Shown here: one piece after another, positions 17,792-27,677 of the stretch | How the letters are laid out: each line of letters opens with the position of its first letter | Position numbering within the stretch: position 1 is the stretch's first letter | NCBI GenBank assembly: GCA_038153405.1 | Contig: JAYOYH010000026.1 | Span: 1 to 60,158, forward strand | Direction: 5' to 3' | DNA length: 60,158 nt | DNA from: Gemmatimonadota bacterium | GTDB lineage: Bacteria > Latescibacterota > UBA2968 > UBA8231 | The notes under the pieces: generated by a model | Databases searched by the model: none | Seen by the model: the letters and a program-made list of their open reading frames with translations, nothing else | Told to the model about the DNA's origin: nothing | Made by a program: the position numbers and the translations under genes

Positions 17792-18439
17792 CTAGCGCGC
17801 TGCCCAGACGAGACCGCGCCGCTGGATTTCGCGCGCCTCGGGCACGTCAAAGTCGCTGGCCACGTGCCCCAGCGAAGAGTAGAATACCTTGCCATCGCCC
17901 CACATGCGCTTCCAGACGGCGGGAATGGTCGTGCCGTTGATCCACGGAGCGCTGGTGCGGTTGCGAAACGTCGTCGTCGCCAGCACCTCATTGCCCGGAT
18001 CGACGTGCAGGTAGTACTGCTCGGAGCGCATCTTGAAGGACTCTATACCGTCCACTATGGGATCGTCGGACGTGATATTGACTTCGTAATCGATGATGCC
18101 GTCGGGGTGGGCCACCCACTGCCCACCTACCATAAACTGGTACTCCGTATTGCTGCGAAACGAATCGGCCATACCGCCGTGCCAACCGGCGATGCCAACG
18201 CCGCTCTTGACGGCGTTGAGCAGACCCTGCTCCTGTTCGCGCTCGATCTGTCCCATCGTCCACACCGGTACTACCAGACTCAATTCAGCCATCATATCGG
18301 CGTCTTTGTAGCTCTCTAACGTGTCGGATATCGCCACGTCAAATCCAGCCTCCTGCAGCAGCGGTGCAAAAATATCAACGCACTGCTTGGGCTCGTGACC
18401 GGCCCAACCGCCCCATACCATCAGCGCCTTTTTGGCCAT
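17792..18439 (-). CDS. ThuA domain (class I glutamine amidotransferase-like) protein
   Basis: [42 protein letters not shown]. Confidence 0.88.
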   Translation of the reverse strand: MAKKALMVWGGWAGHEPKQCVDIFAPLLQEAGFDVAISDTLESYKDADMMAELSLVVPVWTMGQIEREQEQGLLNAVKSGVGIAGWHGGMADSFRSNTEYQFMVGGQWVAHPDGIIDYEVNITSDDPIVDGIESFKMRSEQYYLHVDPGNEVLATTTFRNRTSAPWINGTTIPAVWKRMWGDGKVFYSSLGHVASDFDVPEAREIQRRGLVWAAR

Positions 18440-18464
18440 GCCTTTCCTTTCTTCGTTCGTTGTA

Positions 18465-19229
18465 CTAGTCGGCCGTGTTGGCTCCGCGGCCCAACCCCTC
18501 CGATACGAGGTACTGGTAGCTCTTTTCCGCGGCATCCATCATGTCGGTAGCGCAGCGATCTAATTCGACGATCAACCAGTCGCAGGTGCCGTGACTGGCC
18601 TCGATGATGGGCGCAAACTCCATCTTGCCCTCTCCGACGGCCACCATATCGCCATCGGGTGTACACGGACCGTCTTTGATGTGCAACAGCGGAGCGCGCT
18701 CGCCCAGCAACTCGACCACTTTAGTCGCATCGCCGCCGCCCGTATTAACCCAGTAGGTGTCGATCTGGAAGAATATGTTCTCGCTCAGCTCTTCCAACAT
18801 GATCTCAAAGGCCGGACGCCCTTCGACATTGGAAAACTCCCACCAGTGGTTGTGCATACCCAGCTCCAAATCGAATTCTTCGGCCACTCCAGCCGCTTCG
18901 TTCCAGCGCTCGCAGAGCTCCTTGATCTTGTCGAGGCTCGCAAAGCTATCGCGCGGAGTGCTGGAGATGACCCGCGTTATCTCTAGGGCGTCGGCCAACT
19001 CGATCACCTGGTTCTTCTGCTTGCCATAGGGCAACTGCGTATGAGCACTGCACACCTGCAAGCCGAGATCGGCAAATAAGTCAGAGGCCTCCAACACGGT
19101 GATGCCGGGGAAACCGGCAGTTTCTACTCCGACGTAGCCCATCTCGGCGATCTGCGTTACAACGGCCTTGAAATTTTTGGCCAGTAGATCGCGCACAGTG
19201 TATAACTGGATGGCGATTGGGGCAGGCAT
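18465..19229 (-). CDS. sugar phosphate isomerase/epimerase (TIM barrel)
   Basis: [51 protein letters not shown]. Confidence 0.88.
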   Translation of the reverse strand: MPAPIAIQLYTVRDLLAKNFKAVVTQIAEMGYVGVETAGFPGITVLEASDLFADLGLQVCSAHTQLPYGKQKNQVIELADALEITRVISSTPRDSFASLDKIKELCERWNEAAGVAEEFDLELGMHNHWWEFSNVEGRPAFEIMLEELSENIFFQIDTYWVNTGGGDATKVVELLGERAPLLHIKDGPCTPDGDMVAVGEGKMEFAPIIEASHGTCDWLIVELDRCATDMMDAAEKSYQYLVSEGLGRGANTAD

Positions 19230-19486
19230 TTCTCCCTTCCTTTTTACGGGTTGTACAAATCGGTTAACTACTTTTTTCTGCGCGGCGACCGCCAAGCCCA
19301 TTGGCTCAGTAGCGGTTGCGCATCGGGGCTGCACCCGCAGTGCGGCCACCTCGCGACCATAAACCTGTACTAACACCAATCAAAATGGCCTATATAAATG
19401 CACAAAAATCTGCTTTTCAGCAAGGCATAGGTGCCAGCGCGCGCCGACCTGCGCACACCAGACCTCCCGGCGTTGGCTTTTCCGCG

Positions 19487-20479
19487 CTATTCGTAGGCAA
19501 TATTGCGCGCCTGCATCAGCCCAATCATATAGCCAAAGGCAAATATCTTACCCATCATGCCGTAGCCGCGCGTCTCCTCGGCGCTCTCATTGCCCATCGT
19601 CGGCGCGTGGTCCGGGCGAATCGGCCCTTCAAAACCGGCGCGCGACAGCACCTCGAGCATCTCTGCCATATCGGTTGGGCCGTTGTCGTGAAAGGTCTCT
19701 GTGAAAACGGTATCGGCCGTGCCCTCCACGTCGCGGTAGTGAACGAAGAATACTTTGCCCTGTTCGGCAAACTCGCGCGCCACCGAATATATGTCTTCGC
19801 CCATTGCCTTGAAATTGCCCTGGCAAAACGTCACGCCGCTGTAGGGCGAAGGGGCAATTTTGAGCAGGCGGCGATAGGCATCAGCGCTGACCATAATCTG
19901 CGCCGTGCCGCGATAGGGCGAGATCGGCGGATCGTTGGGATGGTATCCCATGCGCACGTTGGCCTTTTCTGCTACGGGAACGATGCGCTCCAGCAGCCAG
20001 GTCAAATTATCCCACAGTTCCTCTTCCGTCTGCGGTTCGGCAAACGGCTCTTCGCTGCGATTGGAAATGGCGTAGTCAAACTGCGACGAGATGGCATCGC
20101 CGCGAACGGGAACCCAACCCGTGCGCGACCCGCCCTGTCCCAGATTATAGCAGAGCACGGGAATACCGACCTCACCCATCGCTTCGATGGCGGCTATATA
20201 GTTCTTCAGTTCCTCTTCGCGCCCCTCGGTGCCGCGGCGGATGTGCTCGGCGCGCACCGGCGTCATCGTCTCATAGACCGGAATGCCGAATCCGGCCGCC
20301 GCCCATTCCTCTTTCTGCTGACGCATCGCCGCGGCGTATTGGCCGCGATCCACGTCGTGCAGGGGCGGAGAGGTAACGCAGTTGACCACGCCCATCTGAC
20401 GACAAATTTTGACCCGCTCCGGATGGTCGTTGGGACTCCTACCCAGCGTCATCGCCAGCTTGAATTTTCCCTGTCGCAT
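19487..20479 (-). CDS. uxuA: mannonate dehydratase family protein
   Basis: VLCYN, LWDNLTWLLERIVPVAE, HPNDPP, FCQG, FVHYRDV, ETFHDNG, IRPDHAP; substrate not certain. Confidence 0.75.
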   Translation of the reverse strand: MRQGKFKLAMTLGRSPNDHPERVKICRQMGVVNCVTSPPLHDVDRGQYAAAMRQQKEEWAAAGFGIPVYETMTPVRAEHIRRGTEGREEELKNYIAAIEAMGEVGIPVLCYNLGQGGSRTGWVPVRGDAISSQFDYAISNRSEEPFAEPQTEEELWDNLTWLLERIVPVAEKANVRMGYHPNDPPISPYRGTAQIMVSADAYRRLLKIAPSPYSGVTFCQGNFKAMGEDIYSVAREFAEQGKVFFVHYRDVEGTADTVFTETFHDNGPTDMAEMLEVLSRAGFEGPIRPDHAPTMGNESAEETRGYGMMGKIFAFGYMIGLMQARNIAYE

Positions 20480-20545
20480 ACAGCACTCCTTTCGCAAGAC
20501 CACTCTTTTCGAACAACCTGCCGCACGGCGCGGCGTCGTTGGCAC

Positions 20546-21316
20546 CTACAAACCCAATATGCGCTCCATATTGCCGGCAAATAGTTGCTGCTTTACCGCG
20601 TCGTCTACGTCTAATTCCAATACGCGACCAGCGTTGACGTAGTAGTCGGCTCCCGGCAAGTCGGTGCCAAAGAGCACGCGCTCAGGGCCGAGAATATCCA
20701 GCGCCATTTCGTAGGCACCCTTTTCGTTTATGCTGCCGGCGTAGTCGACGGCTACGTTATCGCAGTGTTCTATCGCGCGCAAGCCGTGCTCAAACTGTGC
20801 ACCAAAGTGCGCCATGATGAACTGGCCCTGCGGAAAACGCCGGGCGAGCTGAGCTATCTCCAGCGGCGGCGCTTCGTGCGGAGGGGCGTCTCCGTGCGTG
20901 CGGTAGTAAGCGTGATAGAGCACGGGCCAGCCGCGCGCCAGCGCCGCTTCGGTGACCTCCCACGTGCGCTGGTCGGTGGCCCGCTGCGACACCCAGAACT
21001 TGAGCGCACAAAAACCCGCATCAGCCCAGCGCTCGATCTCGCCCAGCGCGTGCTCGAGATGAGCGGCATTGACGTAGCAAAAGGGAAGGATGCGTTCGCC
21101 GATCGCGTCGCGCAAGCGCGCCGTGTCCTCGTTGCTCTGAGACACCTCATCGGGTGTGGGGTCAAACCCACCGGTCAGGTTGCTCAAGACGGCGATGCCC
21201 TGTAGGGCAAAGCGGTCTAAGCAGGTGCGCAGGTATTGGCTGTCGGCGAAGTGGCTCCAATTATGCGCGTGTCCGTCGATAACGCGGAATGCTCCCAATT
21301 CGTCTATTAATCCCAT
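20546..21316 (-). CDS. amidohydrolase family protein (Amidohydro_2)
   Basis: IDGHAH, LK, VLYH, MAHFG, VLFGTDLP. Confidence 0.85.
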   Translation of the reverse strand: MGLIDELGAFRVIDGHAHNWSHFADSQYLRTCLDRFALQGIAVLSNLTGGFDPTPDEVSQSNEDTARLRDAIGERILPFCYVNAAHLEHALGEIERWADAGFCALKFWVSQRATDQRTWEVTEAALARGWPVLYHAYYRTHGDAPPHEAPPLEIAQLARRFPQGQFIMAHFGAQFEHGLRAIEHCDNVAVDYAGSINEKGAYEMALDILGPERVLFGTDLPGADYYVNAGRVLELDVDDAVKQQLFAGNMERILGL

Positions 21317-22086
21317 GCAAAGAAGCTCCGCGCGTTGTCGACCAATACGGCGCGCTGCTGGTCGGCGTTCAGCTGTGAACCCTCCAGCCCTAGACGACTC
21401 CCCGCCCAGTAGTAGAAGGGCGCTCCCGTGCCAAAGAGTGCGCGTTCAATGGGAAAATACGTCGCTAAGACGTCGAGCGAGGTGACGTTGGGCTTGCTGC
21501 AACCGAAATCGACGTAGACGTGCGGCAGAGCGTGCCAGTCCTCGACGAGGCCCTTGAGTTCGCTAAAGTAAAACATCGACAGAGCGATCTTGACCTGGCG
21601 GTGCCGATGCAGGAATTCGGCCACGGCCTCCAGCGGGGGGACGAGCTGCTGCACGTAGCGCGGCGCAATGCGGTCGTCAATTATGCGAGCCATCAGGTTG
21701 ACCGGCACGCCCACTGCGGCAGCGGCGCCCATTAGCTCGTCGACTTCCGGTGCATCAAGGGCGTAGTGATGCACGGCCGGCAGCAGGCGCACGCCAACGA
21801 TGCGCTCGTCCGCTGCGGCGCGGCGCACGCCGTTTTCCGATTGCGGAAAGCGCGGGTCGATTGTCGCGTAGAAATAGAGCCAGTCGCGCAGCGGGGCATA
21901 CTGCTCGATGTCCTCATCGAGTCCGAACAGCGGATCGTAGTAGAGCAGCGAGCGAAACCCGCTGGCCACGGCCCGCCATAGGCCGGCGCGCTGGCGCAGG
22001 ACCTGCAGTTCTTCAACGCTAGAGGGCACGCGGCGGAAGGGGCACGGACCGACGATCAAACCGCTGTCGATGGCGTATAGGTGCAT
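21307..22086 (-). CDS. amidohydrolase-fold protein with degenerate metal ligands
   Basis: ID...GPCPFR, GVRLLP..HHY, ALFGTGAP, NARSFF; no HxH motif. Confidence 0.7.
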   Translation of the reverse strand: MHLYAIDSGLIVGPCPFRRVPSSVEELQVLRQRAGLWRAVASGFRSLLYYDPLFGLDEDIEQYAPLRDWLYFYATIDPRFPQSENGVRRAAADERIVGVRLLPAVHHYALDAPEVDELMGAAAAVGVPVNLMARIIDDRIAPRYVQQLVPPLEAVAEFLHRHRQVKIALSMFYFSELKGLVEDWHALPHVYVDFGCSKPNVTSLDVLATYFPIERALFGTGAPFYYWAGSRLGLEGSQLNADQQRAVLVDNARSFFAWD

Positions 22087-22466
22087 CACCTGCTCACGAT
22101 AAATGCCCGGCGGCAACTGGCAACCGGGGCGCTGTGTGGCGCATAGTATACGTTTTTTGCGCAGGCGCATCAAAGCGGTGCTGCACCCATCTCTGCCGCA
22201 TTGCGCACAGCGCACCAAATGGTTAACAATACACGCACAATCGACTCCACCGCGCTGTGCTACAGGTCTATTTCATGGCTGATAAATCGACTTCTGACCC
22301 AATTCCAGAATGCGGCAAGGGCGCGCTATGAGGCATTGCTCTCTTCGCACTCTTACTCGCGCTGGTAACCGGCGGTCTTATATCGGCCTATACGCCGCCT
22401 TTAACCTGACCTCATACGCCATACCCTCTTGGGGCCATCCCCTAAAAAAAATCGGAGTCTACTCCC

Positions 22467-23807
22467 ATGTTTGCATACGCGAAGGAAATACCTATCATCG
22501 CCCGCCCCGACGTGCTGGTTTGCGGCGGCGGTCTGGCCGGCCTCGGTGCAGCGACAGCGGCGGCGCGGCGCGGCGCGCGCACGATGCTCGTCGAGCGCAT
22601 GGGATTTGCCGGCGGCTTTTTCACGGCGATTATCGGATCGGCCTTTGACGGTTTTGTAGACGAGCGCACGGGCACACCCGTCGTCGGTGGTCTGGTGTTC
22701 GAGATGCTCGAGCGCATGGGCGTTATCGCACCCGGCAGCGGTCCTCATCTGCGCTACAACGTCAACGGCGACCTCAACTTTGTTGAGATGCATCCCGACC
22801 GCATCGTGCCGCGCTGTGATCCAGAGCGCTTTAAGCGCGCTGCCGACCAGGTCTTGCAGGAAGCCGGCGTGCAGGTGCTCTATCACACACAAGTCGCCGA
22901 CGTCATAAGCCAATCCGGCCGCATTGAGAAGGTCATCGCCAGCAACAAGGCCGGCCTCGTTGCCATCGAACCGCAAATCGTCGTCGACTGCACCGGCGAC
23001 GGCGATATCGCCGCCTGGGCCGGCGCACCGTGCGAACGGGCCGAGCGCCTGCAGCCGATGAGTCTCCACTTCCGCGTTGGCGACGTCGAGCCCAGCTTTG
23101 CCCTGCGCCGCCGCTGCGCCGAGGTGCTGCAGGCCGCACACCAGCGCGGCGAACTCGGCCTCTACGCCGGCCCCTACCCGGCGACGTTTTCCGGGCGCGA
23201 TCTCTATTTCAACGCCACTCGCTATCCGGGCGACTGCACCAACCCCGACGACTGGACGCGCGCCGAAATCAAGGGGCGGGAAGACGCCTGGAAGATGTTT
23301 GAGCTGTGGAAGGAGCACATCGAAGAGTTTGCCGACGCCTATTTTATGACCAGCGGACCGACGGCCGGAGCGCGCGAGTCGCGGCGCATCGTCGGCGACT
23401 ACGTGCTCACTGGACAGGACGTGCGCCAGGGACGGCGTCACGACGACTGCATCGCGCTTGGCGCATGGCGACTAGACCGCCATCCCCCCGACGCGGCCGG
23501 CTACCACGACATTCCCTGGACGCCGCCCTACGACATACCTTACCGCACGCTGCTGCCACAGGGAATAGACAACCTGCTGGTAGCCGGGCGCTGCCACTCA
23601 GCCACCTCCGAGGCGCTGGCCTCCAGTCGCGTCACCGCCACGGCCATGGGTATGGGACAGGCGGCCGGCACGGCGGCGGCGCTAGCGCAAAACGGCGATG
23701 CGCGCGCCGTTGAAATAGGCGCGCTGCAGGCGGCACTCGTAGCGGACGGCGCTATTTTAGAAGCACCGCCGGCCGATGATACCGACGTGGGAAACCCCAC
23801 GTGGTAA
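22467..23807 (+). CDS. FAD-dependent oxidoreductase
   Basis: DVLVCGGGLAG, VDCTGDGD, RESRRI.G, YDIPYR.L.P, NLLVAGRC.S, GQAAG. Confidence 0.9.
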   Translation: MFAYAKEIPIIARPDVLVCGGGLAGLGAATAAARRGARTMLVERMGFAGGFFTAIIGSAFDGFVDERTGTPVVGGLVFEMLERMGVIAPGSGPHLRYNVNGDLNFVEMHPDRIVPRCDPERFKRAADQVLQEAGVQVLYHTQVADVISQSGRIEKVIASNKAGLVAIEPQIVVDCTGDGDIAAWAGAPCERAERLQPMSLHFRVGDVEPSFALRRRCAEVLQAAHQRGELGLYAGPYPATFSGRDLYFNATRYPGDCTNPDDWTRAEIKGREDAWKMFELWKEHIEEFADAYFMTSGPTAGARESRRIVGDYVLTGQDVRQGRRHDDCIALGAWRLDRHPPDAAGYHDIPWTPPYDIPYRTLLPQGIDNLLVAGRCHSATSEALASSRVTATAMGMGQAAGTAAALAQNGDARAVEIGALQAALVADGAILEAPPADDTDVGNPTW

Positions 23808-23852
23808 CGTAGCCGAGGCGGCGCGCCGGCGACGCACGGAAAATAACAGAAG

Positions 23853-24962
23853 CTACTGCACAGCGGCCGATACGGCGTTGGATACGCGCCGCAGCAGCGA
23901 GTCGTCCATCTTGTTGGTCAGCACGACGCAGATGAGTTCGCGCGCAGGATCCGCCCAGCCCACCGTACCCGTCGCACCCGTGTGGCCAAAGGTAGAAGGA
24001 GAGGCCAGTTCGCCACAGCGGTTCCACACGATTGAATCGGCCAGCGCCCAGCCCAGGCCCCACGGCGCCTGTAGGTGGGTATTTTGATTGCGCACCATTG
24101 CCTCTGAAGCGGCCGTGCTCAGCACGCGCTCTTCGCCATAGGCGCCGCCGTTGAGCGCCGTCTGTAGCAGAATGGCCAAATCGCGCCCGTTGCTGTGCAT
24201 GCCACCCCACGGGGCCCCAAGGTCGCGCCAGTAGGGCGTATTCCAACCCCAGCTGCGCGCGTCGTCGTCCTCGTCGCGCTCGGCCTCTGAACCGCACCAG
24301 ACCAGATCGCCAATAGTGCGCCCACCCAGTCCCAGCGAAGAGTTGACCATGCCCAGCGGCGCGAAGAGGCGCTCCCATTCGAACTGGCGCAGCGCCTGTC
24401 CGCTGACGCGCTCGACGATTTCGGCGGCCAGCAGGGTGCCCTTGCTCTGGTAGCGAAAATCGCTGTTGGGCGCAAAGAGCAACGGCGTTTGCAGCGCGTG
24501 GCGCACAAACTCGCTCAAGGGAGCGTGCGCGCGGCGCAGCTCGGTATTGTTGGGCAGCATATCGGGCATGCCCGACGTGTGCGAGAGCAGATGACGCACC
24601 TTGATTTGGTCGCGCGCACCACCGCGCAACTCGGGCAGGTAGCGCTGGGCCGGATCGTCGAGCGAAACCTCGCCCGCATCGACCAGCATCATCAGCGCCC
24701 AAGCCGTTACCGGTTTGGTAATCGACGCCAGCAAGAAGACCGCATCGGCCGCCGTCTCAGGTGCGCCTTCCTCGGGCCGCATGCGCCCATAGCCTTTGCT
24801 GTATACCAGCCGGCCTCGCCGCGCGACCGTCAGCGTAGCGGCACCGATCTGTCCACCGTCTACCGCGCGCTGCAGCTGTGCCCCGGCCGCGGCAAGACCC
24901 TCCGCCGACATGGCGACTTCTTCGGGTGCCCCTTCGCTCAGCTGGCCAATTTGCTCTTTCAT
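23853..24962 (-). CDS. serine hydrolase (beta-lactamase/esterase family)
   Basis: ASITK (SxxK), LLSHTSG, YQS, FGHTG. Confidence 0.88.
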   Translation of the reverse strand: MKEQIGQLSEGAPEEVAMSAEGLAAAGAQLQRAVDGGQIGAATLTVARRGRLVYSKGYGRMRPEEGAPETAADAVFLLASITKPVTAWALMMLVDAGEVSLDDPAQRYLPELRGGARDQIKVRHLLSHTSGMPDMLPNNTELRRAHAPLSEFVRHALQTPLLFAPNSDFRYQSKGTLLAAEIVERVSGQALRQFEWERLFAPLGMVNSSLGLGGRTIGDLVWCGSEAERDEDDDARSWGWNTPYWRDLGAPWGGMHSNGRDLAILLQTALNGGAYGEERVLSTAASEAMVRNQNTHLQAPWGLGWALADSIVWNRCGELASPSTFGHTGATGTVGWADPARELICVVLTNKMDDSLLRRVSNAVSAAVQ

Positions 24963-25034
24963 ACGTACCCTTTCACTGGTTGTGTGCCCATTGAATGCAC
25001 GATACATATAACACTCACACTGCGAAACGCCGAT

Positions 25035-25220
25035 ATGGGATGGATGATACGCCTCGGCCTTATGATGCTCTTTCTGCTGGCCGTGCTGGGCGCCACGCTG
25101 TGGATTTATTTTAACACCGGCCTGCCCGAGCCAACGGCACCCGAGCCCGCAGAGCACGGCCTTCTGCACCCCGCCTGGCCATCGCGCGCTACCGCACCAT
25201 CAAATAACACCGCAGCCTAA
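25035..25220 (+). CDS. 61-aa hypothetical protein with an N-terminal TM/signal anchor
   Basis: MGWMIRLGLMMLFLLAVLGATLWIYF followed by a Pro/Ala-rich tail. Confidence 0.5.
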   Translation: MGWMIRLGLMMLFLLAVLGATLWIYFNTGLPEPTAPEPAEHGLLHPAWPSRATAPSNNTAA

Positions 25221-25492
25221 GCAGCCCCCCATCGCGTTCTTGCACGATCCGTCTCGCCCAGCGCGCGCACAGCTAATCGCCCGCCGAGAAACGGCTCGTA
25301 ACGCATATGTACACTCTCTTTTACGTGGCATAAGATGCCTTCTCTACCGTGCCCGATCAAGCGGGCATTTGAAGGTGCCAACACTTTTTTTTATGCTACC
25401 AAACTCACGCACTTGACGCGCTTTTCTTATTCGGGCCTGCCCTTTTATGGGTGCACAGCACGCGCTTACTACACAACCAAGAGCACATACAC

Positions 25493-26842
25493 ATGACCAA
25501 CTTCATCATCTTTTTGACCGACGACCAAGGCTACGGCGACCTGTCCTGCATGGGTTGCGACGATTTCCGCACGCCGCGTCTAGATCGCATGGCGCGCGAC
25601 GGTGCGCGCTTTACCTCGTGGTATTCGAACAGTCCGGTGTGCAGTCCCTCGCGCGCCGCTCTGCTGACCGGCCGCTATCCCGGCAACGCCGGCGTGCGTT
25701 CCATTCTAGCCGGCCACCGCACCGCCAGCGGCCTGCCGACCAGCACACCCACGCTAGCGACCGCGCTAAAAGAGCTCGGTTACCAGACCTATATGTCGGG
25801 CAAGTGGCACCTCGGCCTGCAGCCCCACTCGCGCCCTTCGGCGCACGGCTTTGATCACTGGTACGGATTTATGGCCGGCTGCATCGACTACTATTCGCAT
25901 ATTTTTTACTGGGGTGCCAATCGAGGTGGCCCCGGTCAGAATCCAACGCACGACCTGTGGGAAGACGACCGAGAGATCTGGGACAACGGACAGTACTTCA
26001 CCGAAATGATCACCCGCAAAGCCGTCGAATACATCCGCCGCGCCCAAGCCAACGACCGACCGTTTATTCTCTACGTGCCTTATAATGCACCGCACTACCC
26101 CATGCACGCGCCACAGCAGTATATGGATCGCTTTGCCCACTTGGACTGGGATAGACAGGTCATGGCGGCCATGCTCGCCGCCGTCGACGACAGCGTCGGC
26201 GCCATATTGGACGAAGTAGAGCGATTGGGACTGGCCGAGGACACCTGTTCGTTTTTCACTTCCGACAACGGCCCCTCGCGCGAGACGCGCAACTGGCTCG
26301 ACGGCAATCTCGACCCCTACTACGGCGGCAGCGCTGGAAAGCTCAAGGGCCATAAATTTAGCCTTTACGAAGGCGGCATCCGCCTGCCCGGCATCATGCA
26401 CTGGCCGGGGCGCATTCCCGCCGGCCAGGTGCTGGACGCCCCCTGCGCCTCGATGGATATCTTTCCAACGTTTTTGCAGATCGCCGGTGGCGATACGGCG
26501 CGCTACGAGATCGACGGCACGGATATCTTACCCTATGTCGCCGATGGCCAGCCCGCACAAGAGCGCACCCTCTACTGGGAGATGGGCCAGCAGACGGCCG
26601 TGCGCCAGGACCAGTGGAAGCTGGTCCTCGACGGCCAACTCGTCGAAGGAGCCCCCCCGGGAGACGCGATTCACCTGGCCGATGTTGAGGCGGATATGGG
26701 GGAACAGACCAACCTAAAAGATGAACACCCCGAACTGGCGGCCCAGCTAAAGGCGCAGGCCGAAACCTGGCGCGCCGGCATTGAGGCACGCTGGGAACGC
26801 GAGTACGCTCCGGAAAAGCAAGGCACCGTCACGCACGGCTGA
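25493..26842 (+). CDS. formylglycine-dependent sulfatase (Cys type, no signal peptide)
   Basis: FLTDDQG, CSPSRAALLTGR, GKWHLG, APHYP, SDNG, KFSLYEGGIR. Confidence 0.93.
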   Translation: MTNFIIFLTDDQGYGDLSCMGCDDFRTPRLDRMARDGARFTSWYSNSPVCSPSRAALLTGRYPGNAGVRSILAGHRTASGLPTSTPTLATALKELGYQTYMSGKWHLGLQPHSRPSAHGFDHWYGFMAGCIDYYSHIFYWGANRGGPGQNPTHDLWEDDREIWDNGQYFTEMITRKAVEYIRRAQANDRPFILYVPYNAPHYPMHAPQQYMDRFAHLDWDRQVMAAMLAAVDDSVGAILDEVERLGLAEDTCSFFTSDNGPSRETRNWLDGNLDPYYGGSAGKLKGHKFSLYEGGIRLPGIMHWPGRIPAGQVLDAPCASMDIFPTFLQIAGGDTARYEIDGTDILPYVADGQPAQERTLYWEMGQQTAVRQDQWKLVLDGQLVEGAPPGDAIHLADVEADMGEQTNLKDEHPELAAQLKAQAETWRAGIEARWEREYAPEKQGTVTHG

Positions 26843-26849
26843 TGCGCGC

Positions 26850-27671
26850 ATGCACACACTGGACAGGAAGGAAGTAGCGGCGTTTTACGAGCGCGGCTTT
26901 CACGTGGCTCGCGGCCTGTTCGACCATGCGGAAATAGCGCGGCTGCGCGCCGGATACGATTACATTCTTGAACTGGCCGCCCGCGCAGATCTCTCCGAAG
27001 ACCTCTTGCGGGGCGCCAACGGCGACGTGCACATCCACCTGCAGCCGCCACATGAGCTGCCGCGAGAGCAGGCCGTGCGTTACCTGCGCAAGGTGCAATG
27101 GCCGGCGCACCTGCACCCGGCCTTCGAGGAAATCCGCACCAGCGCCAAGTTTCCCGCCTTGCTCGAACCGCTGATCGGCACCTCGCTCAAGCAGTATATC
27201 AACCAGATTAACTTCAAGATGCCGGGCAGCGCCATCGACTTCCCCTGGCATCAAGACGTGCGCCCCACGCCGGCGTTCAGCGATCAGGTCAATACCTACG
27301 TGCAAACCGTCATCGCCGTTGACGAGGCCACGGAAGAGAGCGGCTGCATTTATATCGTGCCGGGTAGCCACGCACTGGGCGACTTGAAGGCCAAGCGCTA
27401 TGCGGAAGGACAGATAGAGCAACAGGTCGATGTGCGCAGCGCCGTGCCCTGCCTAGTCCAGCCGGGCGACGTGCTGCTGTTCACCCCCTATACCGTGCAC
27501 GGATCCAGACCCAACCTAGGCCAAAAGCCGCGGCGCTCCTATATCAACGGCTTTGTGCGCGCCGAAGCCTGCACGGTTGGCAAGTGGGCTTTTCTCCACG
27601 GCGTGCCCGTCCCTATCACCGGCGATCGCGACTACAGTGCATTCTGGCCGCCCGGGGCACGCGATCGGTAG
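26850..27671 (+). CDS. PhyH-family dioxygenase with canonical HxD motif
   Basis: FYERGF, NFKMPG, PWHQD, VPGSH, GDVLLFTPYTVHGS.PN..RRS. Confidence 0.88.
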   Translation: MHTLDRKEVAAFYERGFHVARGLFDHAEIARLRAGYDYILELAARADLSEDLLRGANGDVHIHLQPPHELPREQAVRYLRKVQWPAHLHPAFEEIRTSAKFPALLEPLIGTSLKQYINQINFKMPGSAIDFPWHQDVRPTPAFSDQVNTYVQTVIAVDEATEESGCIYIVPGSHALGDLKAKRYAEGQIEQQVDVRSAVPCLVQPGDVLLFTPYTVHGSRPNLGQKPRRSYINGFVRAEACTVGKWAFLHGVPVPITGDRDYSAFWPPGARDR

Positions 27672-27677
27672 CGTGCT

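Noticed and set aside
19419..19436. Further sigma-54 promoter candidates (TGGCAC on the - strand here and near 25375)
   Set aside because: The GG to GC spacing is not the required 10 nt
2340..23441. Long alternative ORFs such as 2340-3266, 4835-5893, 19316-20584 and 22401-23441
   Set aside because: They are antisense shadows of well-supported genes, expected in GC-rich DNA, and carry no recognizable motifs
23853..24962. Beta-lactam resistance gene
   Set aside because: No signal peptide; LLSHTSG and GHTG motifs fit cytoplasmic esterase-type members of the family
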